From: a virus
Strand: one strand, 5' to 3'
DNA length: 64,000 bases
IMG/VR virus record: IMGVR_UViG_3300046744_000223
Location: 64,001 to 128,000 of that record
Part shown: one piece after another, positions 36,071 to 46,386 of the stretch
How the letters are laid out: the number at the start of each line of letters is the position of its first letter
Position numbering within the stretch: the first letter of the stretch is position 1
Notes under the pieces: generated by a model
The model's input: the letters and a program-made list of their open reading frames with translations, nothing else
The model's database searches: none
What the model was told of the DNA's origin: nothing
Translations under genes and position numbers: made by a program

Positions 36071-36714
36071 TATAGTAGTTTTACTTTTTTTAAATACTTA
36101 AACATCTCGTTACCAAGTTTCTCACCAAACTTTGAGTCTGATGGGTAGTGAGCTCTTGCCACATTTCGTGAGTATGATATGTCTTTTGCCAAGTCCATCA
36201 AATTGTGCTGATGTTCCGGATACATATCACTCAAAACCGAACCAATTAACACACCTTGAGTTGAATGTCCACTTGGATATGAGGGAGTATTCATAGAATC
36301 TAACTCAGTATCCTTCATTGGTACATTTACCATTGAGTGTTTTGCCAATTGTTTGGGTCTTGGTCTATTATATAAGTATTTAAGTTTAGTTATGAAAATA
36401 CGAGAATCGTCAAGTAATATATCCACTAATCCTTTTGGATAATCGATTTCTACTGTATTACAATAGTCTTTGAATACGTTAGATATATCATCCATTTCTT
36501 TTACGAAGGAATTATCCATCGGAAGTTTAGCAAGTTGGTAAAGTTCCATCTTCGTTTTAGAATTATCATTACCATGTGGTGGTTGACCCGCGAATTGCTT
36601 CCATTCAAAGTCAGCCAACATAGATGGAGTTTCCCTCATCACCTTCAAGTGTTTAGGGTCAATCTCATCGGAGTACCCCATTGACTTGAGTTCTATTATA
36701 TCACTAAGTTTCAC
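36070..36714 (-). CDS. PAP2/haloperoxidase-superfamily phosphatase
   Basis: K...NRPRP, PSYPSGH, SR...AHYPSD. Confidence 0.9.
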   Translation of the reverse strand: MKLSDIIELKSMGYSDEIDPKHLKVMRETPSMLADFEWKQFAGQPPHGNDNSKTKMELYQLAKLPMDNSFVKEMDDISNVFKDYCNTVEIDYPKGLVDILLDDSRIFITKLKYLYNRPRPKQLAKHSMVNVPMKDTELDSMNTPSYPSGHSTQGVLIGSVLSDMYPEHQHNLMDLAKDISYSRNVARAHYPSDSKFGEKLGNEMFKYLKKVKLL

Positions 36715-36720
36715 TTTTTA

Positions 36721-36966
36721 CTATTTTTTAGCAAACTTTTCTAAGCCTGCGATGCCAAAACAACCAAGTGTTATAAACACAAATGAGTTGTATATGAATT
36801 CTTGAACTACCAAATCTTTACCTAAGTAACCAGTAATTAAATCGGCAGCTGCGAATATTACCATTACTGCAAATGATAGAAATCCTATTACATTTTTCTC
36901 GTTTACATCATTGTCATCTTTAAAAATGTCTTTAAAAGCCATAATCTTTCTCCAAATTGTTTTCAT
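36721..36966 (-). CDS. two-TM holin-like membrane protein
   Basis: two TM helices, basic C-terminus, TATTTATA upstream. Confidence 0.55.
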   Translation of the reverse strand: MKTIWRKIMAFKDIFKDDNDVNEKNVIGFLSFAVMVIFAAADLITGYLGKDLVVQEFIYNSFVFITLGCFGIAGLEKFAKK

Positions 36967-37005
36967 GTAATGTAACTCCTTATTGATTATAAATATGTAT
37001 AGATA

Positions 37006-37335
37006 TTAAAACCCACTTAGTACAAGTTCATCTATTGCATCTTGTACTTCTTCTTTTGTAGCACTAAGTTTAAAACTCAAGTCAGCTTGATATCTTTTTT
37101 TAACTTCATCGTACTGAAGTATTACGATAGTAGGTACTACTACTACTTGATATTCTTTTTGTAGTTTGGGGTTTTTAGCGATATCAACGAGTTCTATATC
37201 ACAATCCTCTAAATCATTAATCCATTTAACTGAATTAGCTGAGTTCCAATCTGCATTAAAGTGTATTACAACTATCTGAGCATTTGATATAGTGGTCATG
37301 AATAGTAATGATAATATTAGTAGTATCTTTTTCAT
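37006..37335 (-). CDS. exported thioredoxin-fold protein lacking CxxC
   Basis: signal peptide, FNADWN in place of WCxxC, VVPT cis-Pro motif. Confidence 0.75.
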   Translation of the reverse strand: MKKILLILSLLFMTTISNAQIVVIHFNADWNSANSVKWINDLEDCDIELVDIAKNPKLQKEYQVVVVPTIVILQYDEVKKRYQADLSFKLSATKEEVQDAIDELVLSGF

Positions 37336-37336
37336 G

Positions 37337-37621
37337 TTACCTCAATTGGTCTATTTTTTCTTCAATACGTTTGATGTCTTCTTTTATCTCAGTAACATCA
37401 CCTTGTGTATTTAGAATTGTGTTACGAATCATCTGGTCTTTCATATCAAATTCCATCCGTGTTACCTCTGGATCGGGTGGTATTGGTAATTCTTTTGCAT
37501 CTTCTATATCAGATTGTAATGTAAACCACATACCTACAACAGTTGCAACAAAGAATAGAATAATTCCTATTGTTTTTAAATCTAAAGTAATTTGAGTTCC
37601 CTCATCTAACTTCTTAGCCAT
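37337..37621 (-). CDS. TM + coiled-coil protein
   Basis: RMEFDMKDQMIRNTI, paralog of the next gene. Confidence 0.75.
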   Translation of the reverse strand: MAKKLDEGTQITLDLKTIGIILFFVATVVGMWFTLQSDIEDAKELPIPPDPEVTRMEFDMKDQMIRNTILNTQGDVTEIKEDIKRIEEKIDQLR

Positions 37622-37624
37622 AAC

Positions 37625-37858
37625 TTACCTCGCCTCTTTTGTTTTTTCAATTTTTCTTTGAATTTCTATAATTTCACCATGGATGTTACGTATGTTATTT
37701 CTAATCATCTGGTCCTTTAAGTCATATTCAATCCGTGATATATAATTATCTGGAATCTTAGATTCTACATTTGATATCTTTAAATGTATAAATATTATAT
37801 GAAGTATTACTATGATACTCAATAATATTGTCCCTATATTTCTTTTTAGATTTTTCAT
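37625..37858 (-). CDS. TM + coiled-coil protein (paralog)
   Basis: RIEYDLKDQMIRNNI. Confidence 0.7.
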   Translation of the reverse strand: MKNLKRNIGTILLSIIVILHIIFIHLKISNVESKIPDNYISRIEYDLKDQMIRNNIRNIHGEIIEIQRKIEKTKEAR

Positions 37859-37862
37859 AATG

Positions 37863-38942
37863 TTATAGTATAATAAAGTTTATGCCGGTTGAGAATTCAT
37901 ACCAACTACGATTCCAATATTGATGATATCTACCTTCAGTAAATATACCCAATGACTTGTTGAATCGGTATCCAAGAATTAGTCCACCTGAATAATCTAT
38001 CCATTGCCCATTGTGAAATTTATGGTAACTATAATCATCGTCTAAGTCAAGGTGATATGGTAACAAGTTTGCCCACGAGTGTAACCAAAAGTTTTTAGAG
38101 TATTTGTAATAATCAAATCCTAATACCAATGAGTGTTCCCATTTGTTAGGTAACTGATTTCTTTGGTTATTAGCATACTCTGAAAGTATTTGTGGTACAA
38201 CCACTTCTTCGAATACTGCGGTACTATTAGCTACTATTTCACCATTAGGATTTGTATAAACATCACCCAACCCCAATGTATTCCAATTGTACCCCATATC
38301 GGTAGCTATTTTCATCCATGGGATACTACCATCAGGTCTTATACAATCGGCAAATGGGTCGAATCCATATGGTTCTGAGATACGTTGCATTGCACCTATA
38401 TTAATTGAAAACTTTCTATTGAACTTATGTCTAAGTCTTTCTGAAGACTCGAAATAACCAATATCAGCAAACCCATCCTCTAAGTATTCTACTTTAAATA
38501 CATAGTTGTCTGCAATGTATCTTACAAAGTGGTCTTGATTTAAGAACTGCTTACCTTGTTGTCTTCTATAATCAAATTCGAACAAATACTCGAATCCACG
38601 TGATTTACTTCCTATGGTTGCTGCATCTGAGAATGAGTTTTCAGTACCATTCTTAAACCTATTCTGAATATTTGGTTCATATCCAAATCTCTGAATCTTT
38701 CTCAATCCGAATACTGCTGAGTAATCGTAAGGAGTTACAGTTGTTGTCGTACTTAACCCATCCGTAACTGAGTATGTGGTAATATCCGAAATCGAATTAT
38801 TACCATTATATGCACCATAGAATGTAGCAAACTTAGTAATTTTATTTAAATTCTTTTTGAAATCACTAAGTGTTGATTTATCATCTTTAGTTTGTGCTGA
38901 CATTGTAAGAGGTAATATCAGTAATAACAATAACTTTTTCAT
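37863..38942 (-). CDS. outer-membrane beta-barrel protein
   Basis: signal peptide, aromatic amphipathic strands, terminal GINF strand. Confidence 0.7.
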   Translation of the reverse strand: MKKLLLLLILPLTMSAQTKDDKSTLSDFKKNLNKITKFATFYGAYNGNNSISDITTYSVTDGLSTTTTVTPYDYSAVFGLRKIQRFGYEPNIQNRFKNGTENSFSDAATIGSKSRGFEYLFEFDYRRQQGKQFLNQDHFVRYIADNYVFKVEYLEDGFADIGYFESSERLRHKFNRKFSINIGAMQRISEPYGFDPFADCIRPDGSIPWMKIATDMGYNWNTLGLGDVYTNPNGEIVANSTAVFEEVVVPQILSEYANNQRNQLPNKWEHSLVLGFDYYKYSKNFWLHSWANLLPYHLDLDDDYSYHKFHNGQWIDYSGGLILGYRFNKSLGIFTEGRYHQYWNRSWYEFSTGINFIIL

Positions 38943-38943
38943 A

Positions 38944-41901
38944 TTAATCTTCCTTTACAATTTTTTTATTAAATCGTGTACCATGGTGTTCAATTGATAG
39001 GAAATAAACACCATTTGCTAATGATGACATATCAATTGTTCGTTCTTTAGAATTTTCAACAATCAATTTACCCATAAAGTCGTATAAAGTATATGTAATA
39101 TCCAAGGTAGTTCTGATATTTAATGTATTTGTTGTTGGGTTAGGATACACAACAATATTTTTAAAGTCAATATCATCAATACTAAGAGTACCATTGACAG
39201 TAGCACAATAATCATACAGATATTGACAATCAGTGTCCCACGAATTAGTACAACAATACTCGTCTACATCAATTACCCAAGCGTAACATGGGTCATTTAA
39301 CCAATATGGGTTACCAGGCCCATCTATACACCCAGCATCATATAAACATGCCGTAGTGTCAGAAACATTAGCATTTGGGTTATAATTATGAGCATTTGGG
39401 TCAGTACAACCATATATTGGGGTAATACAACTACCATTATCAGTATTAGCTAATGGGTTGTAGTTAAGTGACGTTGAATCAGTACATCCATAGATAATTG
39501 GAATACATGGGTTTGAAAAATCAGTAGCCGATACTTGATTTGTATTAGCATCAGGATTATAGTTAAATGAGTTAACATCCATACACCCATAAATGTAAGG
39601 AACACAAGTTCCATTATCAGTATTAGCTAATGGGTCAAAGTTAAACGAAGTTGAATCAGTACAACCATACACTCTAGCGATACACGACCCGTCATCCGTG
39701 TTAGCTAATGAATCGTAATTATAAGATGTTGGGTCCGTACACCCATAAATTACAGGAACACATGAACCATCGTCCGTGTTAGCTAATGCATTATAATTAA
39801 ATGAGGATGGGTTTGTACAACCATAGATATAAGGAATACAAGTACCTGACGTATTTGCTAATGGGTCGTAATTCCACATTGTTGAATCCGTACAACCTAC
39901 TTTAATAGCTATACAAGTATCAGGCGTATTTGCATTAGGGTTGTAATTAAATGACAATGGATTCATACATCCTAAAATAACAGGAATACACCCACCATCA
40001 TCGGTATTAGCTAATGAATCGTAATTAATAGATGTTGAGTCGGTACATCCGAATACTTTTTCGATACAAACATCACCAAATGTTGGTTGTGAATCAACTC
40101 TTTGAATTATGGGGAATTGTAATGTAGTTGCTCCCCAAAACGGAACATCTACAATAGTATCACCTTCAGGACCATACAACGTATATGCTATCTGAGCGAT
40201 TGAGTTTTGAGATTGAGTCGTTGTAAATAGGTACAAATCAATTGGTTCATAGATGTTTAAAGGTACATCAAACGTTAATTCATAACCATCATTTGGTCCC
40301 ATTTTAAATTGAGGAGACAAGTTATCACCTTGTTTGATACCTAACCAAGTACCACCCCAACCATTTGAGGCGCCATCTTTTATTTTTAAGGTATAATCGC
40401 CAGTCATTATCTCACTGGTGTTAGCGGTATCTACATAGTTGAATGCTGACGTGTCAGTACATCCTACTATTCGGGCTGGCCCACACGTACCCGTGTCTAT
40501 TGTAGCACTTGGATTGTATGTGGTTGAGAATGGATTCATACACCCATAAACATCAGCTGCGCCGGAGGAACATATCCCTCCAGTACTAAATTGTGGGGTC
40601 GTAAATTGATAACCAAAGTTACCACTTGGAATTGTATCGGATAACGACCATAATAGATTACCTGAACAATCATATACTTTTAAATCACCATCTACTTGAC
40701 CACCAAATAAAGTACCATTTAAACCATCACCATAAGAATCGTTAATTACAATATCTACTAATACATTTGTATCAACACAAATGTAATGTGATATAGCTAT
40801 ACCTGGTGATGCGCCAGAATACGTCCCTTGAGATGCTGTATATACTGCTCCGTTATTGTCATAAAGAATCCAACTTGATTCACTACCATAGTTATCGGGA
40901 GTGAATTGTACGTCTAAGTAAGTTTCACTTGAAGAACAAGAAAGTGTATCTGCTGGATTCCCTATACACTTCCCATCACTTATTGTAGCCCATGGGTTGT
41001 ATTCGGCAGAAGTGGTATCAGTACATCCTATAATATCAGCACAATCTAAACACTTTTCCCAACAATTAGTATCTAATACTACTGATGTTCCATCTACAAT
41101 AAGATTTCTATTTGTAAACCCTGCGGCATCTAATAAGAAACAAGTAGCGTATGGGTTTTGATTGTTTTGCATATTTGGTGGTAACTCTTGGTCAACCCAG
41201 TTATCAACTGAGTACTTCCATAACCAACCTGGATTGTTTAGTATATCAATAGTACCTGTCCAAATACCATCACCATCTGAATCAGATAAAGAATCCGCTA
41301 TACCACTCCAACTATTAAACTGCCCACTTACATAAACTTGAGAGAACGTGTCATTATAAGAGTTCATATCTACTGCAAAAGTTACAGGATATTTACATTG
41401 ACCATTATTAATATTAGCATTAGAGTCGTAAGTTGAAGATAATGTATCCATACAACCTGCAAATGGTGGTGGTTGTGATAGGAGATTGACAGTTGTATCG
41501 TATGAGTAAACTGAGTTTGAACCACTAAATAACCCTAATGTCATTGGGTCTATATTTACAAATGTATCTTGAGTTGCGTTTCGTAACCATACAACCGGAG
41601 GTACACCTTGGTTATCCCACCATCTAGTTCTATTAGAGTTAAGTATTATCTTAACATCACCAGTATCACAATTTAAAATAGTGTAGTTGTAAGTACTTGG
41701 ATTAGTTAAGGAAACGTAGTCTTTGTAGTATAATGTATCGTTACCTTGCTTTATTAAAATTGACTGGTCGTTTGAATATACATTTCCACTGGTGAATATG
41801 TATCTACCAAATTCTACTCTTAACTCAAACCAACTTGTACCTTGTGCTAATGTTACAGTTGGTAATAACAATAGTAATAAATTAATTAAATACTTTTTCA
41901 T
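38944..41901 (-). CDS. large secreted Cys-repeat protein with T9SS type A C-terminal sorting domain
   Basis: signal peptide, CBM48-like VYVSGQFNSW..D.DGDG.W, about 13 GC[TM][DN] repeats, YPNP...G.Y....K..K CTD. Confidence 0.88.
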   Translation of the reverse strand: MKKYLINLLLLLLPTVTLAQGTSWFELRVEFGRYIFTSGNVYSNDQSILIKQGNDTLYYKDYVSLTNPSTYNYTILNCDTGDVKIILNSNRTRWWDNQGVPPVVWLRNATQDTFVNIDPMTLGLFSGSNSVYSYDTTVNLLSQPPPFAGCMDTLSSTYDSNANINNGQCKYPVTFAVDMNSYNDTFSQVYVSGQFNSWSGIADSLSDSDGDGIWTGTIDILNNPGWLWKYSVDNWVDQELPPNMQNNQNPYATCFLLDAAGFTNRNLIVDGTSVVLDTNCWEKCLDCADIIGCTDTTSAEYNPWATISDGKCIGNPADTLSCSSSETYLDVQFTPDNYGSESSWILYDNNGAVYTASQGTYSGASPGIAISHYICVDTNVLVDIVINDSYGDGLNGTLFGGQVDGDLKVYDCSGNLLWSLSDTIPSGNFGYQFTTPQFSTGGICSSGAADVYGCMNPFSTTYNPSATIDTGTCGPARIVGCTDTSAFNYVDTANTSEIMTGDYTLKIKDGASNGWGGTWLGIKQGDNLSPQFKMGPNDGYELTFDVPLNIYEPIDLYLFTTTQSQNSIAQIAYTLYGPEGDTIVDVPFWGATTLQFPIIQRVDSQPTFGDVCIEKVFGCTDSTSINYDSLANTDDGGCIPVILGCMNPLSFNYNPNANTPDTCIAIKVGCTDSTMWNYDPLANTSGTCIPYIYGCTNPSSFNYNALANTDDGSCVPVIYGCTDPTSYNYDSLANTDDGSCIARVYGCTDSTSFNFDPLANTDNGTCVPYIYGCMDVNSFNYNPDANTNQVSATDFSNPCIPIIYGCTDSTSLNYNPLANTDNGSCITPIYGCTDPNAHNYNPNANVSDTTACLYDAGCIDGPGNPYWLNDPCYAWVIDVDEYCCTNSWDTDCQYLYDYCATVNGTLSIDDIDFKNIVVYPNPTTNTLNIRTTLDITYTLYDFMGKLIVENSKERTIDMSSLANGVYFLSIEHHGTRFNKKIVKED
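39330..40060 (-). repeat. tandem coding repeat of about 25-26 aa (GCTDxxSxNYDPxANTDDGSC)
   Basis: nine consecutive degenerate units in the translation. Confidence 0.85.
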
Positions 41902-41950
41902 AATAAATTCCGTGGATGATTTACGTTACTGTTATAACTATGTAATATTA

Positions 41951-42832
41951 CTATAAAGAGATTAACATATCTAATAGTTCTTGTTGTGGGAACATATCAA
42001 ACTTATCTTTACGTGTATTAGTATGAGTCCACATACCCTTTACTCTACCATAGTATGCATCTTCATTGAATTCAAATCCACCTGCACCTTTTTTCTTTAC
42101 TTCTTCTACTAATCCGTTTCTTACATCAATGTTATCTCTCTCACCAATCCATAGAATCCACTTTCTAAGTGCTTCGATTTGGTCATCGGAATATTTGTGC
42201 CAAGTTTTGAATCCTCTAAATGGGGTGTCTAACTCAACCAACTGAGATTCATGAACTCGTGTACCGGCATATGTTTTACCATCTTTAATCCAGCCAAAGT
42301 TACACACTTCAATTCCTACTGAATGTGTGTGCATATGTTGTGACCCATTTTTACCTAAGTGCCACCCATAACCACCTTGAGGAAATGCTTGTACCATTAC
42401 ACCATCATAGTCTTCATTGTTACCTTTTACTGATGGACCACCTAATACAAATTCAGTTGCTACTGCACCACGAGAATCTCTACCCCATTGGTCGATACAA
42501 TTGAATGGGTTGTGCCACCCTGCAGTATGATGTAAGAATATATACTCTTTATTGGTTGGGCCTGATTTATACTCACCATTAGGTAAGTAATGTCTATTAA
42601 CGATTAGACAATTTTCCGTTTCGAATGTCTTTTCTGAGTCATCAGTAGTAGCCAAACCCATACAATCCCAAGTGGAAGAACCAACAATACCATCAGCAAC
42701 CAAACCATTGATTTTTTGGAATTCTTTAACTGATTTCTCAGTTCCTTTACCGAATATACCATCTGCGCCAATTTCTAAAAACTCTTGTAATAATTTAACT
42801 TCGTTTCCTTTTGAACCTACTTTTAGTAACAT
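41951..42832 (-). CDS. N-acetylmuramoyl-L-alanine amidase with peptidoglycan-binding domain (endolysin candidate)
   Basis: DGIFG..T...V..FQ...L.ADGIVG; LHHTAG, GIEV, H...RKDK.D. Confidence 0.9.
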   Translation of the reverse strand: MLLKVGSKGNEVKLLQEFLEIGADGIFGKGTEKSVKEFQKINGLVADGIVGSSTWDCMGLATTDDSEKTFETENCLIVNRHYLPNGEYKSGPTNKEYIFLHHTAGWHNPFNCIDQWGRDSRGAVATEFVLGGPSVKGNNEDYDGVMVQAFPQGGYGWHLGKNGSQHMHTHSVGIEVCNFGWIKDGKTYAGTRVHESQLVELDTPFRGFKTWHKYSDDQIEALRKWILWIGERDNIDVRNGLVEEVKKKGAGGFEFNEDAYYGRVKGMWTHTNTRKDKFDMFPQQELLDMLISL

Positions 42833-42833
42833 A

Positions 42834-42989
42834 CTATTTTCCTTTTTTACGGCCGGCACAATGTGCTTTTTGACTAAAGCCTTTTGGGTTATTACAATCT
42901 ATGGATTTTTTATATGAAGCTGACCACTTCTCATCAACCGATTTGATTAAACGTTCAAGTGCTTCTTCATATCTACTCAATCCACTCAT
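42834..42989 (-). CDS. 51-aa conserved phage peptide
   Basis: VDE|KWSASYKKSIDCNNPKGFSQKAHCAGRKK; not in the ORF track. Confidence 0.7.
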   Translation of the reverse strand: MSGLSRYEEALERLIKSVDEKWSASYKKSIDCNNPKGFSQKAHCAGRKKGK

Positions 42990-43242
42990 ATTACATATCC
43001 TTATATATAAGTATCTACAAATTCCAAAGGAATTATCCAGTCACTTCCGAATGGGTCTGATACTCTAAGTTCTTGCTTTTGTTCGTTGACCGATATAAGT
43101 GTCAGTCGTTCTCCCCCCAACAGACTTCCCTTGTGATTGGAGAAAGTTTTCTTCATTATTAGCTTTCTTCCTATTTGATTTTGTAAATTTTTCATATCGC
43201 TCATGACTATCTACATAGTCTTCTAATTTATTAAGGTCTATT

Positions 43243-43488
43243 TTACCCATTTTGGATTACCTTTAACTTTTTAATTTTGTCCAAGAATTCTTCTACGGAA
43301 TAAGATTTAGATTGTTCGTCTTTGATTGTCACTTCAGATAAAGTGTCCGGATACTTTTCTACCAATCTTACTAATATCTCAAACCCTTGGTCTGCCCAAA
43401 AGTTTTTGAATGAAATTTCACCTAAGACATTAGTTGAGAAATCAACTGATTCTTCGGTGTCTCCTGGTAGTAATATAAAGTATCTCAT
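43243..43488 (-). CDS. hypothetical protein
   Basis: ORF track. Confidence 0.7.
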   Translation of the reverse strand: MRYFILLPGDTEESVDFSTNVLGEISFKNFWADQGFEILVRLVEKYPDTLSEVTIKDEQSKSYSVEEFLDKIKKLKVIQNG

Positions 43489-44690
43489 AGATTAATTAAC
43501 TCAGAATCGTAATGTTTTACACGATTCACATTTATATTAAATATGTCTAATTCATACTCACCATTAGAAAAATCGTTAAAATCTAATATTTCTGATAATT
43601 GTTGGATGTAATTAAATGCGTTTTGTGTAAATTTATTTGCATCAAATCTAACAATTATATCTGAATCTACTTCTTGGTTGATTCTATCACTCAAGTTGAA
43701 TTGAGTATTTGGTTGTTCTAATTTGATGTATTCATCGATTTTTTCTTGTGGTATGTCCACATGGATGTTACTACACCAAGGTTCTAACATACTCAACAAT
43801 TGTTCGTTAGCATTGAAAACTCTGAACTCCACGTTGTATTTGTGAGGAACGATGGGTTTCATTAACTTATCGTGTTTACAAAAGTGTCCCCACTTTCTTA
43901 GAAAGTTACGAGTAGAACGTTCGTTTTGTGTTAACCACTCGCCAGTCTCTCTATTCTTCATAAAGACCTCACCATTTGGATTACGCTTTGCCCCATCTGC
44001 AAATCTACTGCCTCTACAAGTCATATGATATACAAACCCATCCCAAGTCTGAATAAACTTATATCCATTCAGATGGAATCGATTAAAGATATCAGTATCT
44101 TCTTTTGATTGGGGTGCAAATAACGGGTCGTGCCCACCAATAGAAGTAAAGTCTTCTTTAAATAAGAACCATGGGGCAAATATACCCTCAGTAGTTTTAC
44201 CTTGTTTTAACGATGGTAATTGTTCTAATAGATTATCTTCTAAATCAACAAACTCTTCCGGCTCAATACCAAAGTCCAAAAGAATCTTTTCAGGACCATC
44301 CGGATGTAATGGTGGTTCGATACGAGTAAGTGATACCACACTTAGAGGTTTAATGTGTTCTAATACTGATTCAAGAGCGCCAGGACATAAATACATATCA
44401 GCATGATATATACCTACAATTGGCGTGGTAGCTACTTCGTTGATTAATCTATCGTATAGAATAGTATGACCCAATCGCGTTGGTCCTTCGTTTCGTATTG
44501 CCTTGAAGTTTGGGTCCGTGTCCATCATTTCTTGACACCACTCCCAAGTTCCATCGTTACTGAAATCATCAGCAACACATATTGTTGGCTCTGACCCACC
44601 ATTCTTTCTGATTGAATCGTATGACCACTTTAGGTACTTTAAATTATTACGAGATGGTTGGATAAATGATATATCTGATTTATTTAACAT
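43485..44690 (-). CDS. glycosyltransferase family 2
   Basis: DDFS.DGT, HADM, IGGHD..F...EDTD. Confidence 0.88.
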   Translation of the reverse strand: MLNKSDISFIQPSRNNLKYLKWSYDSIRKNGGSEPTICVADDFSNDGTWEWCQEMMDTDPNFKAIRNEGPTRLGHTILYDRLINEVATTPIVGIYHADMYLCPGALESVLEHIKPLSVVSLTRIEPPLHPDGPEKILLDFGIEPEEFVDLEDNLLEQLPSLKQGKTTEGIFAPWFLFKEDFTSIGGHDPLFAPQSKEDTDIFNRFHLNGYKFIQTWDGFVYHMTCRGSRFADGAKRNPNGEVFMKNRETGEWLTQNERSTRNFLRKWGHFCKHDKLMKPIVPHKYNVEFRVFNANEQLLSMLEPWCSNIHVDIPQEKIDEYIKLEQPNTQFNLSDRINQEVDSDIIVRFDANKFTQNAFNYIQQLSEILDFNDFSNGEYELDIFNINVNRVKHYDSELINL

Positions 44691-45631
44691 AATATTTTAT
44701 TCATTTTAGTTAAAAACACATTCTCATGGAAGTGTTTGTTGTAATTATTTAGAGCCGATTTGGAACATTCATTATAGAAGCCCTCATCATCTCTAAGTTG
44801 TTTTGCTAAACTTCGTGCACTTTCTAAATCAAATCTATCAACCGATAGCATGGGTTGAGATAATCGTTGTGTATCAGCATCAACATAACCTATACATGGT
44901 ATACCAAGAAAAGAACAATTCAATGAAAACGTACCTGCAGTGATGTTAGGCATTAGATGCACCGCGTACTTATAACTTGATAGGAGTTTCATCCACTCTG
45001 AAAATGTAACGTGTGGTAATACCTCTACCAATTGGCTTTCGTTTGCAACTGTTCTCATTTTAGGTACTGATATTGGTTTGTTAAACTCACTCGATACCAA
45101 GTAAGAATCAAACCCACCATACCAAGAAGTGAAATTACCACCCATCATAACCTTTTCTTCTTTTGTAGTATCTTTTAAATATACAAAATTATCTTCAATA
45201 ATCAAAGTGGGGATTGTGTGAATTTCTTTATCAGAAGAGGTTATACCTTTAAAATAGTTAAAATCCGTTACATTTTCAGTAAAGATACCATCTACTTCTT
45301 GTAATAAATTATAATGCCAAATCTGATGATGAAGTTCTTTTGTTTGATATATTTGCGCGGTTGCCTCTTGCATAAACCAAATCTTCTTACCAAACTCCCT
45401 CAAATCTGATACCAACTTTTCTTTTTGGTATACAAAATCTCTGAGTTTATCAGTCTTACTAATGAGTAGAATGATATGGTCGTATTCAGATTGTAATTGC
45501 TCCATCTGATAGAAACAATAATGGTCTGCGTTTAGAGCACAAAATTGAGCAAACTCAGTTCTCATATGTGGGTGGTCTCTACCCACCTTACCAGTAAATG
45601 GTAACTCCGATATAAATGCTATTCTCCCCAT
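44684..45631 (-). CDS. GT-B glycosyltransferase-like protein
   Basis: G.F.L.C..LGIPCIG C-terminal pattern. Confidence 0.6.
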   Translation of the reverse strand: MGRIAFISELPFTGKVGRDHPHMRTEFAQFCALNADHYCFYQMEQLQSEYDHIILLISKTDKLRDFVYQKEKLVSDLREFGKKIWFMQEATAQIYQTKELHHQIWHYNLLQEVDGIFTENVTDFNYFKGITSSDKEIHTIPTLIIEDNFVYLKDTTKEEKVMMGGNFTSWYGGFDSYLVSSEFNKPISVPKMRTVANESQLVEVLPHVTFSEWMKLLSSYKYAVHLMPNITAGTFSLNCSFLGIPCIGYVDADTQRLSQPMLSVDRFDLESARSLAKQLRDDEGFYNECSKSALNNYNKHFHENVFLTKMNKILC

Positions 45632-46386
45632 AATTCCTCGTATGCTCTTTTTATAAAGTATGATGAGTTTCTATTCAATCCATTTTTAGGAATTGCATTA
45701 AAATGATATACCCATGCTTGTTCGTATAGATTATCCATACCATCACCCCACCATGATTGGCCAAAGTTAAGTAGGTTCTTACTCGACATATGGTGTAGAT
45801 TGAATGTGGCAGGTAACATCTTCAAATCAATTCCTTGAGTTTGTATCAGATAGTTTATAACAGTTTGGTCAGTACCCAATCCTGCTTTTTGCTTTTCTAC
45901 CAAAGTATCTTGATTTTTAAAATAAAAGTCTAATACGTAATCAAAGAATTCTCTATGGGATTCGTTTACAATTTGAAATCCACCATTGAAATACATACCC
46001 CTATCCAACTTGTAGTCATCAAACATATCTTTGTAGTGTCTTAATGACCTACCAGTCCATTCCCAACATCCCAAATCAAGAACGCCCGTGTATTTACGTT
46101 CGTTCATTTCAAAGAAATTAGGTGTATCCGGATGGACTATTGTATCAGAATCAACCATTAGAACTTGGTCAAACTCTATATCATTATGGTCAAGTATTTT
46201 AAATAAGTGATATCGTTGCCATGGGATAGTCATCTCTTCCCAAGTATATAACGCAGTATCCCAAATTACAACTTCAGCATTATTTTTCTCGGCCCACTTC
46301 TGCCAAGATTGAATACTGTAATTGTATGCGTGGTGCCTTCCACGACCTGCATCAATTGCCGGTATGAATATTATGTTCTTTTTCAT
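45619..46386 (-). CDS. GT-A glycosyltransferase (GT8/GT34-like)
   Basis: VDSDT, YFNGG, DQTVIN, HF. Confidence 0.85.
   Translation of the reverse strand: MKKNIIFIPAIDAGRGRHHAYNYSIQSWQKWAEKNNAEVVIWDTALYTWEEMTIPWQRYHLFKILDHNDIEFDQVLMVDSDTIVHPDTPNFFEMNERKYTGVLDLGCWEWTGRSLRHYKDMFDDYKLDRGMYFNGGFQIVNESHREFFDYVLDFYFKNQDTLVEKQKAGLGTDQTVINYLIQTQGIDLKMLPATFNLHHMSSKNLLNFGQSWWGDGMDNLYEQAWVYHFNAIPKNGLNRNSSYFIKRAYEELWGE

Noticed and set aside
39330-40060. CRISPR array or DGR template/variable repeats
   Set aside because: The repeats are degenerate, in frame and conserved at protein level; no unique spacers, cas operon or reverse transcriptase.
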